This document shows positions 28,699-38,048 of a stretch of DNA of 62,805 nucleotides, in pieces. Position 1 is the first letter of the stretch. Each line of letters opens with the position of its first letter. The DNA lies in assembly GCA_020439925.1 (NCBI GenBank), contig JAGRPC010000023.1, forward strand, positions 1 to 62,805. The letters are read 5' to 3'. Made by a program: the position numbers and the translations under genes. Below the pieces are notes generated by a model that saw nothing but the letters and a program-made list of their open reading frames with translations, searched no databases and had not been told where the DNA came from. This DNA is from Verrucomicrobiia bacterium. GTDB lineage: Bacteria > Verrucomicrobiota > Verrucomicrobiia > Verrucomicrobiales > DEV007.

Positions 28699-29670
28699 CT
28701 AATACGAGATTTTGAAGGTGGGAGAGTCCTCCGGCTTCATCTTCCGGCGGTCGTAAAGCCGAGTGGTGGAAATGCTCGCATGTCCAAGCCACTCCTGAAC
28801 CTTTGCGATGTCAGCCTGATGATCGAGAGCGTTTGTTGCCGCGGTGGCTCTGAGTCCGTGGACGCAGATCGCGGACGGGTCAAACCCAAGCTGGAGCGCA
28901 TATTTCTTCACCACATCCTTGTAAATTCCGTGCCCCGTGAGAAATCCTTCAAGGGATCCAAGGCTGTTTTTCACAGGACGAAAGAGGGGGGAGGAGACTG
29001 CCTCGCCATGACCCGAGCGTTCCAAGTATTCGCTAATTCGCTGCATCGAGTGCGGATGCACTGGAACGAAACGGATCTTCCCTCCCTTTCCATGAATCTT
29101 GAAGTGCATCACACCGCGTCGAGATTGAATGTCCCCGACCGTCAACGAGCCCACTTCCGACCTCCGCAGTCCGTGGAAAAGGAGCGTTGAGAGAATCGCC
29201 CGATCACGAAGGCCCTTGAGAGAATCCGGAGCAGGCGCTTCCAAAATCGCCTTCGCCTCTTCGTCTCCAAGCGCCGGAGACTTTCCTTCGTTCGCCCCCA
29301 GGTTCGGACGTTTCACACCGTCCGCCGGGTTGAAGGGCACCGCATTGCTCTCACACAAGAAATCGAACAACGACGCTACAGCCGAAAGCTTTCTGCGGAC
29401 CGTCGCTGCTTCGAGCTCTCTGGCTTCGAGGTCCTTCCGCCAAGCAATCAGATGCGCTCGTTTTACCATCCGGAATTCCTCGGGACCGCTAATCCCACAG
29501 AAAACCATGAAATCGCGAACATCGCCTTGGTAGGCACGCCGAGTATTCGGGTTCTCGATATTCGCGAACCACTCGACCTCTGGGGGGACATCAGCTAAGT
29601 TCTGAAACTCAGCAGAAGTTAAAATCCGTTTACCTGAATCAAGAACACTGACCTCCGAAACTCTGACCAT
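28699..29670 (-). CDS. XerD-like tyrosine recombinase (resolvase type)
   Basis: NTRRAY SAM domain, RDRAIL..GLRRSE, GKGGK, HGLRAT, LGHASISTTRLY. Confidence 0.92.
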   Translation of the reverse strand: MVRVSEVSVLDSGKRILTSAEFQNLADVPPEVEWFANIENPNTRRAYQGDVRDFMVFCGISGPEEFRMVKRAHLIAWRKDLEARELEAATVRRKLSAVASLFDFLCESNAVPFNPADGVKRPNLGANEGKSPALGDEEAKAILEAPAPDSLKGLRDRAILSTLLFHGLRRSEVGSLTVGDIQSRRGVMHFKIHGKGGKIRFVPVHPHSMQRISEYLERSGHGEAVSSPLFRPVKNSLGSLEGFLTGHGIYKDVVKKYALQLGFDPSAICVHGLRATAATNALDHQADIAKVQEWLGHASISTTRLYDRRKMKPEDSPTFKISY

Positions 29671-29698
29671 CCGAGACTCCTTTTCTCCAAATATTATA

Positions 29699-29724
29699 GT
29701 ATTGATAAAATACATTATCATTAC
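29699..29724. other. dif-like recombinase core site (10-6-10)
   Basis: gtattgataa-aataca-ttatcattac, 9/10 inverted match, just upstream of the recombinase. Confidence 0.65.
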
Positions 29725-29847
29725 AAATTTTTTATCCAGACTGCGGGCTCGCCTCGGACGATTGAGCGGATGCAAAAATATCACAATTGAAGTTCAGTCC
29801 AAGTTCCGATACAACATTAAAAATCAATTCAGCTCACCGGACCGAAC

Positions 29848-30951
29848 ATGGATCAATCTGGATCAAACCTTGAAACCTATCTAGCTGAAATACCTGAGCC
29901 TCGCCAGACACTACCTTCGCCGATCCAGGTAGCGAACGGAAAGCAGTTCCCGCCTCAACAACAGATTCTTTTGTATTCCTCTGAAGACTGGGAAGAATTC
30001 ACGACTGAGTGGGTTCACTTTCAAAAACAAAAATACACCTCTGTAAAACGCTTATCTGGAGCCGGGGATAAAGGCATCGACGTTGCAGCGTTTCAAGACG
30101 AACTCGGATTCAAGGGGAAATGGGATTGCTATCAGTGCAAACATTACAAAACCTCATTGACACCGTCGATCGCATATCCAGAAATCGCCAAAATTTTATG
30201 GCACTCCTTCAATAAGGAATTCAACCCGCCATCAAAATACTATTTCATTGCCCCTAAAGGCTGTGGAATCACGTTGACGAAGCTCCTGCTCGATCCTGAC
30301 AAACTTCGAGATAATCTCCGCGAAGAGTGGGAAAAATCTTGTGCGAAGTCTATCACTGAGGGAATCGACGTAAAACTAGAAGATGAATTTCTCGTCTATT
30401 TTGAAGCTTTTGATTTCAAGATCTTCTCCAAAAAGGAGCCATTAGAAATAATTGAGGAGCACCGCCAGACTCCATATTACTCTGCCAGATTCGGAGGAGG
30501 ACTTCCGTCTCGACCGAACGCGCAATTACCTCCGGTGGCGGTTTCCCCCCATGAGAGCAGATATATAGCTCAGCTCTTTGAGGTTTACAGCGAAGAAACC
30601 GGTCGAACGGTCAGCAGCAGCTTCGATCTGCAACACGAATCTTTACTGCTCTCTCACTTCGATAGAGCACGGGAGCATTTCTATTCAGCAGAATCTTTGA
30701 GAACTTTCGCTCGTGACAACGTTCCTTCGGGCACGTTTGACAACCTTAAAGAAGAGGTTCTTACCGGTGTAATTGACACAGCGCACTCCCATCATGAATC
30801 TTCACTCAAGCGAGTCAACGCGGTCACCGAACGGGCCACGTCACTACAAATTACTGATAATTGCCTTATCTCAGTGACGAAAGTTCAAGATAGAAAAGGC
30901 ATTTGCCATCAACTTGCAAATGAAGATAGCCTTCAATGGAGGATGGGTTGA
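29848..30951 (+). CDS. ABC-three-component/Lamassu-like effector: Mrr-like nuclease + CTD
   Basis: GAGDKGID and YQCKHY nuclease motifs; C-terminal RKGICHQLAN. Confidence 0.85.
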   Translation: MDQSGSNLETYLAEIPEPRQTLPSPIQVANGKQFPPQQQILLYSSEDWEEFTTEWVHFQKQKYTSVKRLSGAGDKGIDVAAFQDELGFKGKWDCYQCKHYKTSLTPSIAYPEIAKILWHSFNKEFNPPSKYYFIAPKGCGITLTKLLLDPDKLRDNLREEWEKSCAKSITEGIDVKLEDEFLVYFEAFDFKIFSKKEPLEIIEEHRQTPYYSARFGGGLPSRPNAQLPPVAVSPHESRYIAQLFEVYSEETGRTVSSSFDLQHESLLLSHFDRAREHFYSAESLRTFARDNVPSGTFDNLKEEVLTGVIDTAHSHHESSLKRVNAVTERATSLQITDNCLISVTKVQDRKGICHQLANEDSLQWRMG

Positions 30952-31445
30952 GTTTAGAAGAAATGGAAGTCTCCGCATTTAATAGTCCTCTTGAGACAGG
31001 AGTTCGCTCTTTAGGCGTCCTTGCGGCTGCACATCCGTTGGCCTTTGATTTGCAGCGTCTAGTGGTATTCGATCATCTGGTCGTTCATACTGCCGACCTT
31101 GGTGGTCCGGAAAGTCTCCATCCTAAGGTCCCGCTTAGATCTGCGGAAATGCTAGTCAGAAGAGGAGTTATTGAAAGAGGAATAATGCTTATGGTAAGTC
31201 GCGGGTTGGTTGAAAAAGTAGTAGATGAGCAGGGATTCTCATTTCGAGCGAGCGAGACAGCCCTCGCCTTTCTAGATAGCCTTGAAACAAAGTATATGTG
31301 CGCCCTCAAAGAAAGGGCCCGCTGGGTATCCAACGAGTTTGGTGCTCTTTCCGATACGGATATTAAGATTGTTATGGAAAACATTTTTGAAAAGTGGGTG
31401 GAACAATTTCACTCTACAGATCTCCAATCGGAGTCGCAGCTATGA
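30936..31445 (+). CDS. ABC-three-component middle component (LmuC-like)
   Basis: FNSPLETGVR...FDHLVVHT..GGP.SLHP pattern; overlaps both neighbours. Confidence 0.8.
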   Translation: MEDGLSLEEMEVSAFNSPLETGVRSLGVLAAAHPLAFDLQRLVVFDHLVVHTADLGGPESLHPKVPLRSAEMLVRRGVIERGIMLMVSRGLVEKVVDEQGFSFRASETALAFLDSLETKYMCALKERARWVSNEFGALSDTDIKIVMENIFEKWVEQFHSTDLQSESQL

Positions 31446-33340
31446 AAAGCGGTTCTCTAAATCTTCGCCGCCTGCGCTTCACGGGTCCCGGTGTAAAGCC
31501 AGCGGAGGTCACATTCGCCAGTGGCTTAAATATCATCTGGGGAGCATCCGACACTGGAAAGTCGTTTATTCTTGCATCTTTGGAATTCATGCTCGGTGCT
31601 AGCAGTCCACTGCCCGACATTCCAGAGCGAGTCGGATACGACCGTATATTCCTTACGCTTTCGAGATCCGACGGGTCACTTTTCACTCTTGTGAGAAGCA
31701 CCGCTGGCGGGGATTTCCTCTTACGTGAAGGAGACCAAACAGATGAGGCTTCCATCACCGATGGAAAGGTGCTCGTGGAAAAACATCATCCCACCAAGGA
31801 TAACGTTTCCACATTTCTACTCGATCAGATTGGCTTGTCGAATAAACGCATAAAGCGAAAGGGAGACGGCACAACAAGTGTCTTTTCGATGCCTTACTTA
31901 AGGCACCTTTGCATTGTTTCGGAGAACGAGATTCAAAAAGTCTCAAGTCCAATCTTAACGGGACAGTTTACGGAAGCGACAGCCGAGATGTCAGCATTCA
32001 AACTGCTTCTCACGGGTGTTGATGACAGCGCCGTTGTAAAAACGACTGCGAAAAGCGCCGCGAGCAACGCCGGTGCAAAAATTGAGATCATTTCAGATTT
32101 ACTCACCGAATATCAGGGGCGATTCCGAGACCAATCTGGCGAACTTCCCGATGGGAACGAACTCGATGAGCAACTCGGAAAGGTTGAGGCTACGATCGCA
32201 TCCGAGCAAGAGAAATTGGAGTTCTCAGAGACCGAATACAGCGAGCTTTCAGGAAGGCGTCTTGGGCTTCGGCAGACAATTGAGAAGACAGGTGACCGCT
32301 TATCAGAAATCCAAGAGATGCTTGAGCGCTTTTCGCTACTCCGGAAGCACTACATCTCTGATATTGACCGATTAGAAGGTGTCAGGGAAGCGGGTTCACT
32401 TGTTGCCGCGATTTCAGCCGGCCCGTGCCCCTTATGTGGAGCGGATTCCTCATACCCTCATGGGGACGTGATGTGTGATTCAGATCTTGGAACGGTAGTG
32501 TTAGCGGCTGAATCAGAGAAGAAGAAAATCGAGAAACTCCTTTCTGAACTTGATGACCTTGTTCAGAAGCTCAACCTTGAAAAACATAGCGTTCAACGGG
32601 TTATACCGAGGATCCGCGAAGAACTAGCGGAACTCGATTCACGAATATCCGAACGCGTCCCGGCCCTTAGCGAACAACGTCTTTCCTACCGTTCCTTAAT
32701 TGAGAAGCGGTCAAGTGTTCAATCTTTGCGAAATCTTTGGCAGGAGATTCAAGCACTCTCCCAGAAGAAGAGTGACTTGGAGGCCACGGAGGATTCGCAA
32801 GCAGGCGAAAACTCAACCACCGCAGATCTTTCGGAAAGTGTTCTCGATGCATTTAGCGAAGTAATGAGACAGGTCCTCCAGAGCTGGAGGTTTCCTGGTG
32901 CAGATCGAATCCACTTCGACTCAAGTCATCGGAAGAAGGACTTTGTAATCAATGGGAAACCTCGTGGTAGCCGCGGAAAAGGAATGAGAGCGATTACCCA
33001 TGCTGGTTTCACCGTATCACTAATGGATTTCGTTTTCGGAAAGGGCCTTCCGCACCTTGGTTTTGTAGTAATGGACTCTCCGCTTCTTGCTTACCGTGAG
33101 CCTGATGCCGGCGACGATGAAGTGGAAAAGGCGGGTCTCCAACCCGAATTTTTCAAATACTTGAGCAGCAGAAAAGACCAGCAGTTCATCATCATCGAGA
33201 ATGTGGACCCGCCTGAAGAATTTCGAAGCAGCTCCAACAGCATTCACTTTAGTGGAAACTCTTCAGTTGGTCGTCAGGGGTTCTTCCCCTTCTTGCCAAG
33301 TGATGAGGACGCTGCCGTTGTCAACGAGCAATCAGTTTAG
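31442..33340 (+). CDS. SMC/Rad50-like ABC ATPase (LmuB-like)
   Basis: Walker A GASDTGKS, zinc hook CPLC, coiled coils, GKG signature, Walker B VVMDSP, IIEN. Confidence 0.88.
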   Translation: MKSGSLNLRRLRFTGPGVKPAEVTFASGLNIIWGASDTGKSFILASLEFMLGASSPLPDIPERVGYDRIFLTLSRSDGSLFTLVRSTAGGDFLLREGDQTDEASITDGKVLVEKHHPTKDNVSTFLLDQIGLSNKRIKRKGDGTTSVFSMPYLRHLCIVSENEIQKVSSPILTGQFTEATAEMSAFKLLLTGVDDSAVVKTTAKSAASNAGAKIEIISDLLTEYQGRFRDQSGELPDGNELDEQLGKVEATIASEQEKLEFSETEYSELSGRRLGLRQTIEKTGDRLSEIQEMLERFSLLRKHYISDIDRLEGVREAGSLVAAISAGPCPLCGADSSYPHGDVMCDSDLGTVVLAAESEKKKIEKLLSELDDLVQKLNLEKHSVQRVIPRIREELAELDSRISERVPALSEQRLSYRSLIEKRSSVQSLRNLWQEIQALSQKKSDLEATEDSQAGENSTTADLSESVLDAFSEVMRQVLQSWRFPGADRIHFDSSHRKKDFVINGKPRGSRGKGMRAITHAGFTVSLMDFVFGKGLPHLGFVVMDSPLLAYREPDAGDDEVEKAGLQPEFFKYLSSRKDQQFIIIENVDPPEEFRSSSNSIHFSGNSSVGRQGFFPFLPSDEDAAVVNEQSV

Positions 33341-33400
33341 CCCCTCTCTTCGTGTGCGATCTAAACGGTTTTGATCTTACTCCCAGTCTTTCGTTTTGAT

Positions 33401-33646
33401 TCAGAGGCTCGTTGAATTTTCACTGATCGCTCGTTTAAGTTGGTCCGAGGCTCCGCTTTGGAAAGAGAGCCGGTTTCCCTCGATCTGGGTCGAGTAATGG
33501 GTGGAAAGAAGCCGCGCCGATTCCCGAAGCGACGCAATGAGCTGGGGACTGATCGGCAGCCGGTCGATGGCCGCCCGCGACGCCTCGATCGCCATCAAAG
33601 CCTTGGCGGTTTCAGCGGTCAGCGTGAACACCGGGTCAAAAGCCAT
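33401..33646 (-). pseudogene. Truncated Fic-family gene (N-terminus only)
   Basis: MAFDPVFTLT...STHYSTQIEGNRLS then loss of similarity; no HPFxDGNGR. Confidence 0.7.
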
Positions 33647-33941
33647 CAAAGCTCCTCCTGCCAGTATTGGGAGCGGTAACAAACTGTCAAGACCCCGTTA
33701 ATAAAGCGTCATTAAATCGGGATTAAGTGCCTCTTTCGTGACCTCTCACGGTCCCTGTTCGCTCCTCTTCCAGGTTCTCCCTCGGGAAGGTTTGGGAATC
33801 GTTGCAGCCGTGTCGGGCAGTCAATGCCCTGCCCGCTCCATTCGCGTGCGCTCCCGTGTTGGGCGTGACAACACCCGGCTTCCTCGCCTGCGATTCACGT
33901 TCCCAATCCCTTCGGGGAGAAACCTAAAAACAAGAGGACCT

Positions 33942-34187
33942 ATGAAACAGAAACCAGTTCACGAAATCAGAATCGGCAGCATCAAAGCCACGATTTGGGC
34001 AAATGACGCCAACGGGAAAGTCATCCACAACGTCACCTTCTCCCGAAGCTATCGGGCAGGAGAAGATTGGAAGAAGACCAGCAGCTTCAGCCGTTCCCAC
34101 TTGGGCAAACTCGCCGAAGCGATTGCCGAGGCGGATCGCTGGATCGCGGAAGCAGAGCCAAAGGAATCAGAGATTCCGGCAGCCTGA
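33942..34187 (+). CDS. Small PC4/SpoVG-like putative ssDNA-binding protein
   Basis: KPVHEIRIGSIKATIWAN...VTFSRSY...WKKTSSF pattern; GAGGA RBS. Confidence 0.6.
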   Translation: MKQKPVHEIRIGSIKATIWANDANGKVIHNVTFSRSYRAGEDWKKTSSFSRSHLGKLAEAIAEADRWIAEAEPKESEIPAA

Positions 34188-34198
34188 CCGCCCCTCAT

Positions 34199-34228
34199 AG
34201 CCGCGCCTTCGGGCGCGGCTTTCATTTT
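34199..34228 (+). terminator. Intrinsic terminator
   Basis: agccgcgcc-ttcg-ggcgcggct followed by ttcatttt. Confidence 0.75.
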
Positions 34229-34270
34229 ACCCACTCGACCGCCAGTGGCTGAGGGCGTGAGGTCGGAGCT

Positions 34271-35197
34271 TCAGGTTGGCTTGATCAGAACCATCAAGGC
34301 TGGCACATCCTCTCCGGCGTGGATACTCACCATGCCTTCGACGTGAACCCTCCCCAGATTCAGGGCACCCCAATTCTCTTGCGCGCCCTCGAAGCCTTCC
34401 CCCTTGAGGATCTTGTACAGACCCGATTCATCGGGGATGGACTTGTGTTTGGGGATAAACCCCTTCCAGGACTGCGACGGAACGTGATAATCAACTCGAA
34501 GCTTGGGTTTCGGGCCGGGAAGTCCAAAATCAAATTCAGGGCCCTCTTGGCGTTCCTCCTTCGGCTTCAACCGTTCGGACAACCAGTAAAGGCAACAAGC
34601 ATCCTCGGAAAGATCGACCAAGCGCCGCAAGGAAGCCTCCACCGAGGCGTTGAAGACTTGTCCAAGTTCCTCCGCTGCCCGCATTCCTGGCCCTCGTCCT
34701 GCCGCGTTCTCCAGAAACTCCTCCACCGGAAGTAGGAGTTCGCTCGCCCCCAAATGGCAGAGCTGCTCCAACTCCGCATGAACGGGATCGAAGGGCGCTC
34801 CCTTGCGCCGATGTTGAATTTGCGTGAAGCAGTCCGGGAAGAAGGTGTGCGCGATCTCGTGGCAAATCGAGAATCGTCGCCTCGTTTCCAGGGCTTCGGG
34901 AGCATACTCGATTTCGAGCCGCTGATCAGGCAGGGGCATCAGTCTCGCCTCGGCCTTGATGTCACCATCGGCCGGTTTCACGTCGATGCCCTGTAAGCCT
35001 GCCAAGATCTCAACATCAAAGGGCAATCCTTCCCATCCCTGGCTCTTGGCGCCCGCAACCATTTCCCGAGCAAGTCGGCGGATCGTCTCGGGCGGCGTTT
35101 CATTGCCAGCAGCCCGGTGTTTCATGAGGGAGACGACCGAACGGTTCACCCAGCGCCGCCCACTGCGGTCTCGGAATGTATCGTGAGACTCAGCCAT
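34271..35197 (-). CDS. ImmA/IrrE (CapP-like) zinc metallopeptidase
   Basis: RRRFSICHEIAH (HExxH), E..C..GA.ELLLP, FNAS..A..RR, GAF-like C-terminus. Confidence 0.9.
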   Translation of the reverse strand: MAESHDTFRDRSGRRWVNRSVVSLMKHRAAGNETPPETIRRLAREMVAGAKSQGWEGLPFDVEILAGLQGIDVKPADGDIKAEARLMPLPDQRLEIEYAPEALETRRRFSICHEIAHTFFPDCFTQIQHRRKGAPFDPVHAELEQLCHLGASELLLPVEEFLENAAGRGPGMRAAEELGQVFNASVEASLRRLVDLSEDACCLYWLSERLKPKEERQEGPEFDFGLPGPKPKLRVDYHVPSQSWKGFIPKHKSIPDESGLYKILKGEGFEGAQENWGALNLGRVHVEGMVSIHAGEDVPALMVLIKPT

Positions 35198-35612
35198 CCT
35201 TTCTTCTCGTGTCGAAATTCATCTTGATGGTCTTGTAGAGGAACTCCCAGTCCTCGGCAGTTTTCGGCGCTCCGTCCCGCTCTTGCATCCCGTAGCAGCC
35301 CTGCAAAACGGCATCGTCCAACTCTATCCCGCGCCTTCTCGAACTCGTTATGAATTCCGACAGGCCTTTGTCGATCCGCTCAGGAATGATGCGGTGAGAC
35401 TTGGCGATTGCGTTTCCGAGAAGGTCGCCAATCGTGACGTTTAAGGCTCTGGCAATCTTCTGAAGAGTCTGGAGATTCGGGTTGGCTTTTTCACCTTCGG
35501 CATTCTCCAACTGCGACAGCAGTCCCGCCGACACTCCTGCCTTTTCGGCGAGTTGGGGGATGGTCAGCCCTTGTTCAAGGCGCAGCGCGCGGATTCTTGG
35601 TCCAACAGACAT
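35190..35612 (-). CDS. XRE-family HTH repressor (CapH-like)
   Basis: IRALRLEQGLTIPQLAEKAGVSAGLLSQLEN...NP; overlaps the peptidase start. Confidence 0.9.
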   Translation of the reverse strand: MSVGPRIRALRLEQGLTIPQLAEKAGVSAGLLSQLENAEGEKANPNLQTLQKIARALNVTIGDLLGNAIAKSHRIIPERIDKGLSEFITSSRRRGIELDDAVLQGCYGMQERDGAPKTAEDWEFLYKTIKMNFDTRRKDG

Positions 35613-35631
35613 TCTAGGAACAAAGCTCAGA

Positions 35632-35700
35632 TTCAGGAAAATGAAAGGAACGGGAATTTTTTTCATTTCACGTCTTGACAGGGTGTTTCACTTAAATGAA
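35632..35700. promoter_or_regulatory. Divergent promoter region with two TTCA-N6-TGAA operators
   Basis: 35632-35645 and 35687-35700; TTGACA at 35675-35680. Confidence 0.6.
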
Positions 35701-35764
35701 CCTGAGGGGCAGACGCATTCATTCTGGTGCGCTCGCGTCAAATCATCACAACCTCATCATCACC

Positions 35765-35938
35765 ATGGCTACCAACCCACCCAAAGGCGACAACCACCGC
35801 AACGGGGCAGTGCGCAAGCGCTCCCAAACCTTCAACCCGGTGACGGAGCGCTTTACGAAGCGCGACGCCGATACCGGCCGCTTCATGGACCAGAAGTCCG
35901 ACGGAAAACCCTTCAAGGGCGTCCGCAAGGAGAAGTAA
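35765..35938 (+). CDS. 57-aa basic hypothetical protein
   Basis: MATNPPKGDNHRNGAVRKRSQTFNP...GKPFKGVRKEK; first gene of the divergent operon. Confidence 0.75.
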   Translation: MATNPPKGDNHRNGAVRKRSQTFNPVTERFTKRDADTGRFMDQKSDGKPFKGVRKEK

Positions 35939-35971
35939 CCGCACCCACCCTCAACCTCACTGACACGAATC

Positions 35972-36466
35972 ATGAGCTGGCAAATCCAAATCATCCGCGC
36001 CAAACCCAACCCCGCCGGGAAGGACCGGTCGGCCAGCGGAGCCTCCCACACCCAGCTTCTGGGGGAATGGGTCGATCTCAAGAACATCGGCGATGCCGCC
36101 GTGAACGTCTCCACTCTCCATCTGGCCCACCGGGAATACGACGATCACTGCCGCCCCACCAAAAGCAGTCCAACAATCTACTGGGATGGCTCCGGAAGCG
36201 ATATCCTACATCCGGGAAAGGTGCTCCGGGTTCACACCGGACACCGCAGCCAAATGACCCAGATGAATCCTTCAGATGCGGTCGGCGCAGAACTGCATTC
36301 CTATGCGGACCGCTCGAACTTTGTTCTCAACAACAAGTGCGGCGATGAGATTAGTGTCTGGTGGAAGACCAGCGCCGGGGAATGGACAAAAGAAGACGCT
36401 GCTTCTTACGACCCAAACCCAAGAGAAGGCGCCGTGTTGGTCCGGAGCGGACAGAAGCTCGTCTGA
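35972..36466 (+). CDS. Stand-alone lamin-tail-domain-like protein
   Basis: PNPAGKD, EWVDLKN, PGKVLRVHTG, LNNKCGD motifs; no signal peptide. Confidence 0.7.
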   Translation: MSWQIQIIRAKPNPAGKDRSASGASHTQLLGEWVDLKNIGDAAVNVSTLHLAHREYDDHCRPTKSSPTIYWDGSGSDILHPGKVLRVHTGHRSQMTQMNPSDAVGAELHSYADRSNFVLNNKCGDEISVWWKTSAGEWTKEDAASYDPNPREGAVLVRSGQKLV

Positions 36467-36504
36467 CAGGCTCTACTCGGGCCATCGAGAGGAAATGCGT
36501 TCTC

Positions 36505-36942
36505 ATGCTCCCGCAATTCGAAGTAGCGGAGATTACCTTCGAGCAGGTTCCGGGCGATCTGCCGCTGTTCTTCGTCGCCCGCTGGCGGGAATGGAGAGTC
36601 GGTGTGGTGGTGGGAGATTGGAAAGCGGACGGCGTTCTCGTGATCGAAGATCTCCGCGTCGAGGAAGACATCCTTCTTCGGCGGAAGAGCCTATTCCAAT
36701 GTGAGAAGCGAATGAGCCTTTTACGGCGCGGCATTGGGAGGAGCTTGCTCAGAGAAGTGATCCGTCAAGCTCCGCGCCTCGGCGCAACCGAACTGGTCGG
36801 GAAATTGGCAGAACGGGATCTCCAGCCCCGTCCCTTTTTGCCTGACTGGTATGCGAGTGAAGGCTTTAAGATTCTCCCTGCCAAAAAGGTCGATCCACCT
36901 TACGTCAAAGGCTGGATCCGGATGCGACTTGGTCCTGGGTAG
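36505..36942 (+). CDS. GNAT-family acetyltransferase
   Basis: RRGIGRSLL motif A and WYASEGF motif B. Confidence 0.7.
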   Translation: MLPQFEVAEITFEQVPGDLPLFFVARWREWRVGVVVGDWKADGVLVIEDLRVEEDILLRRKSLFQCEKRMSLLRRGIGRSLLREVIRQAPRLGATELVGKLAERDLQPRPFLPDWYASEGFKILPAKKVDPPYVKGWIRMRLGPG

Positions 36943-37073
36943 CCTCCACGCGAAGAAGATTCATCGCGCCGAACTTCCGGCCTCTTATTTGCCGCGCCTC
37001 CGGGAACGGATTCTTCTTTGAGGCCTCACAGCCCCTTCGGCACTCTGCTCCGAAGAGGAAGGTGCGAGCAGGA

Positions 37074-37508
37074 TTACATGCGATGTCGGGTTCCGCGGTT
37101 CTTTAGATCTGCGTTGAGTCTGGTCACGTGCCCTTCTAGCTCCCGGAGACTGAGTGATGCGGGGGCGCTTCGATCGAAGAGGGTTTCGGGCGTGGGTGAA
37201 AGACGATGAATCTTCGAGATTTCGGCATTCGCATCAAGGACGATCGAAAGATGAGGCGTGCCGGAGGCGGAGTCGTGCCCAGCGAGGTCCGATCGCTGAA
37301 TAATGATCAGGCTCCCATCGGCTTCACGGTTCAGATGAACCCAGTAGCTGACAAAGCTCTCGATATCCTCGACTTCTCCGACGGGTTGTTCTCGGGAAAT
37401 CGCGACCGTGCATCGACGGTCGGCTCCCAGGAATGAGTTGAGCAGCCCGAGATCGACGGAGCTTAGCCCCCTCGGGAATTGGCAGGAGTTTTTACCTTCT
37501 TTTGTCAT
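37074..37508 (-). CDS. Hypothetical protein
   Basis: 144-aa ORF with GGAGG RBS. Confidence 0.45.
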   Translation of the reverse strand: MTKEGKNSCQFPRGLSSVDLGLLNSFLGADRRCTVAISREQPVGEVEDIESFVSYWVHLNREADGSLIIIQRSDLAGHDSASGTPHLSIVLDANAEISKIHRLSPTPETLFDRSAPASLSLRELEGHVTRLNADLKNRGTRHRM

Positions 37509-37721
37509 GCCTCCATTCTGCCGGTTTTGAAAGGGACAGTCAATTCTTTAAGATAGCAGAAAAATCAATTTTTCTAAATTTTTCTAGAAAACATCAAAAA
37601 ATTCAACCAATTATCATTACTGAGACCTAAGAAACAAATTCTTTTTGAATTTCTTTGACAACTTAGCTTCCTGGTATCTATAAGCTAGCGTGCGAGAATT
37701 GACCCATTGATACCACTCAGC

Positions 37722-38030
37722 ATGAAATCGAAACACAAAGACTCCAAAGGAGACCGGAAAGGCGAAGAAGCGTTCAACGACGACCTCAAACTCACCCGTG
37801 ATCTGAATTCCCATTCCCGTCTTCCGCGGAGGATCGTTCCTGCCCGCCAGCAAGAAATGGAAGAGCGCGAATCCGAGTTGACCCGGATGGTTTGCCAGAA
37901 GCTTATTGATATCGAGATCGAGCTTTCTGGCGAGGTTATCGCGACAAGCAATCACCTGGACCGGCTCAAGTCGTTTCGGAAAGTCGTGAGTCAGGCGCTG
38001 AAAGACCTCCCCAAGAAAACTAAGAGCTGA
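37722..38030 (+). CDS. Hypothetical coiled-coil protein
   Basis: Follows AT-rich promoter-like region 37545-37690. Confidence 0.5.
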   Translation: MKSKHKDSKGDRKGEEAFNDDLKLTRDLNSHSRLPRRIVPARQQEMEERESELTRMVCQKLIDIEIELSGEVIATSNHLDRLKSFRKVVSQALKDLPKKTKS

Positions 38031-38048
38031 AAAGCAGCTACCGCGTCT

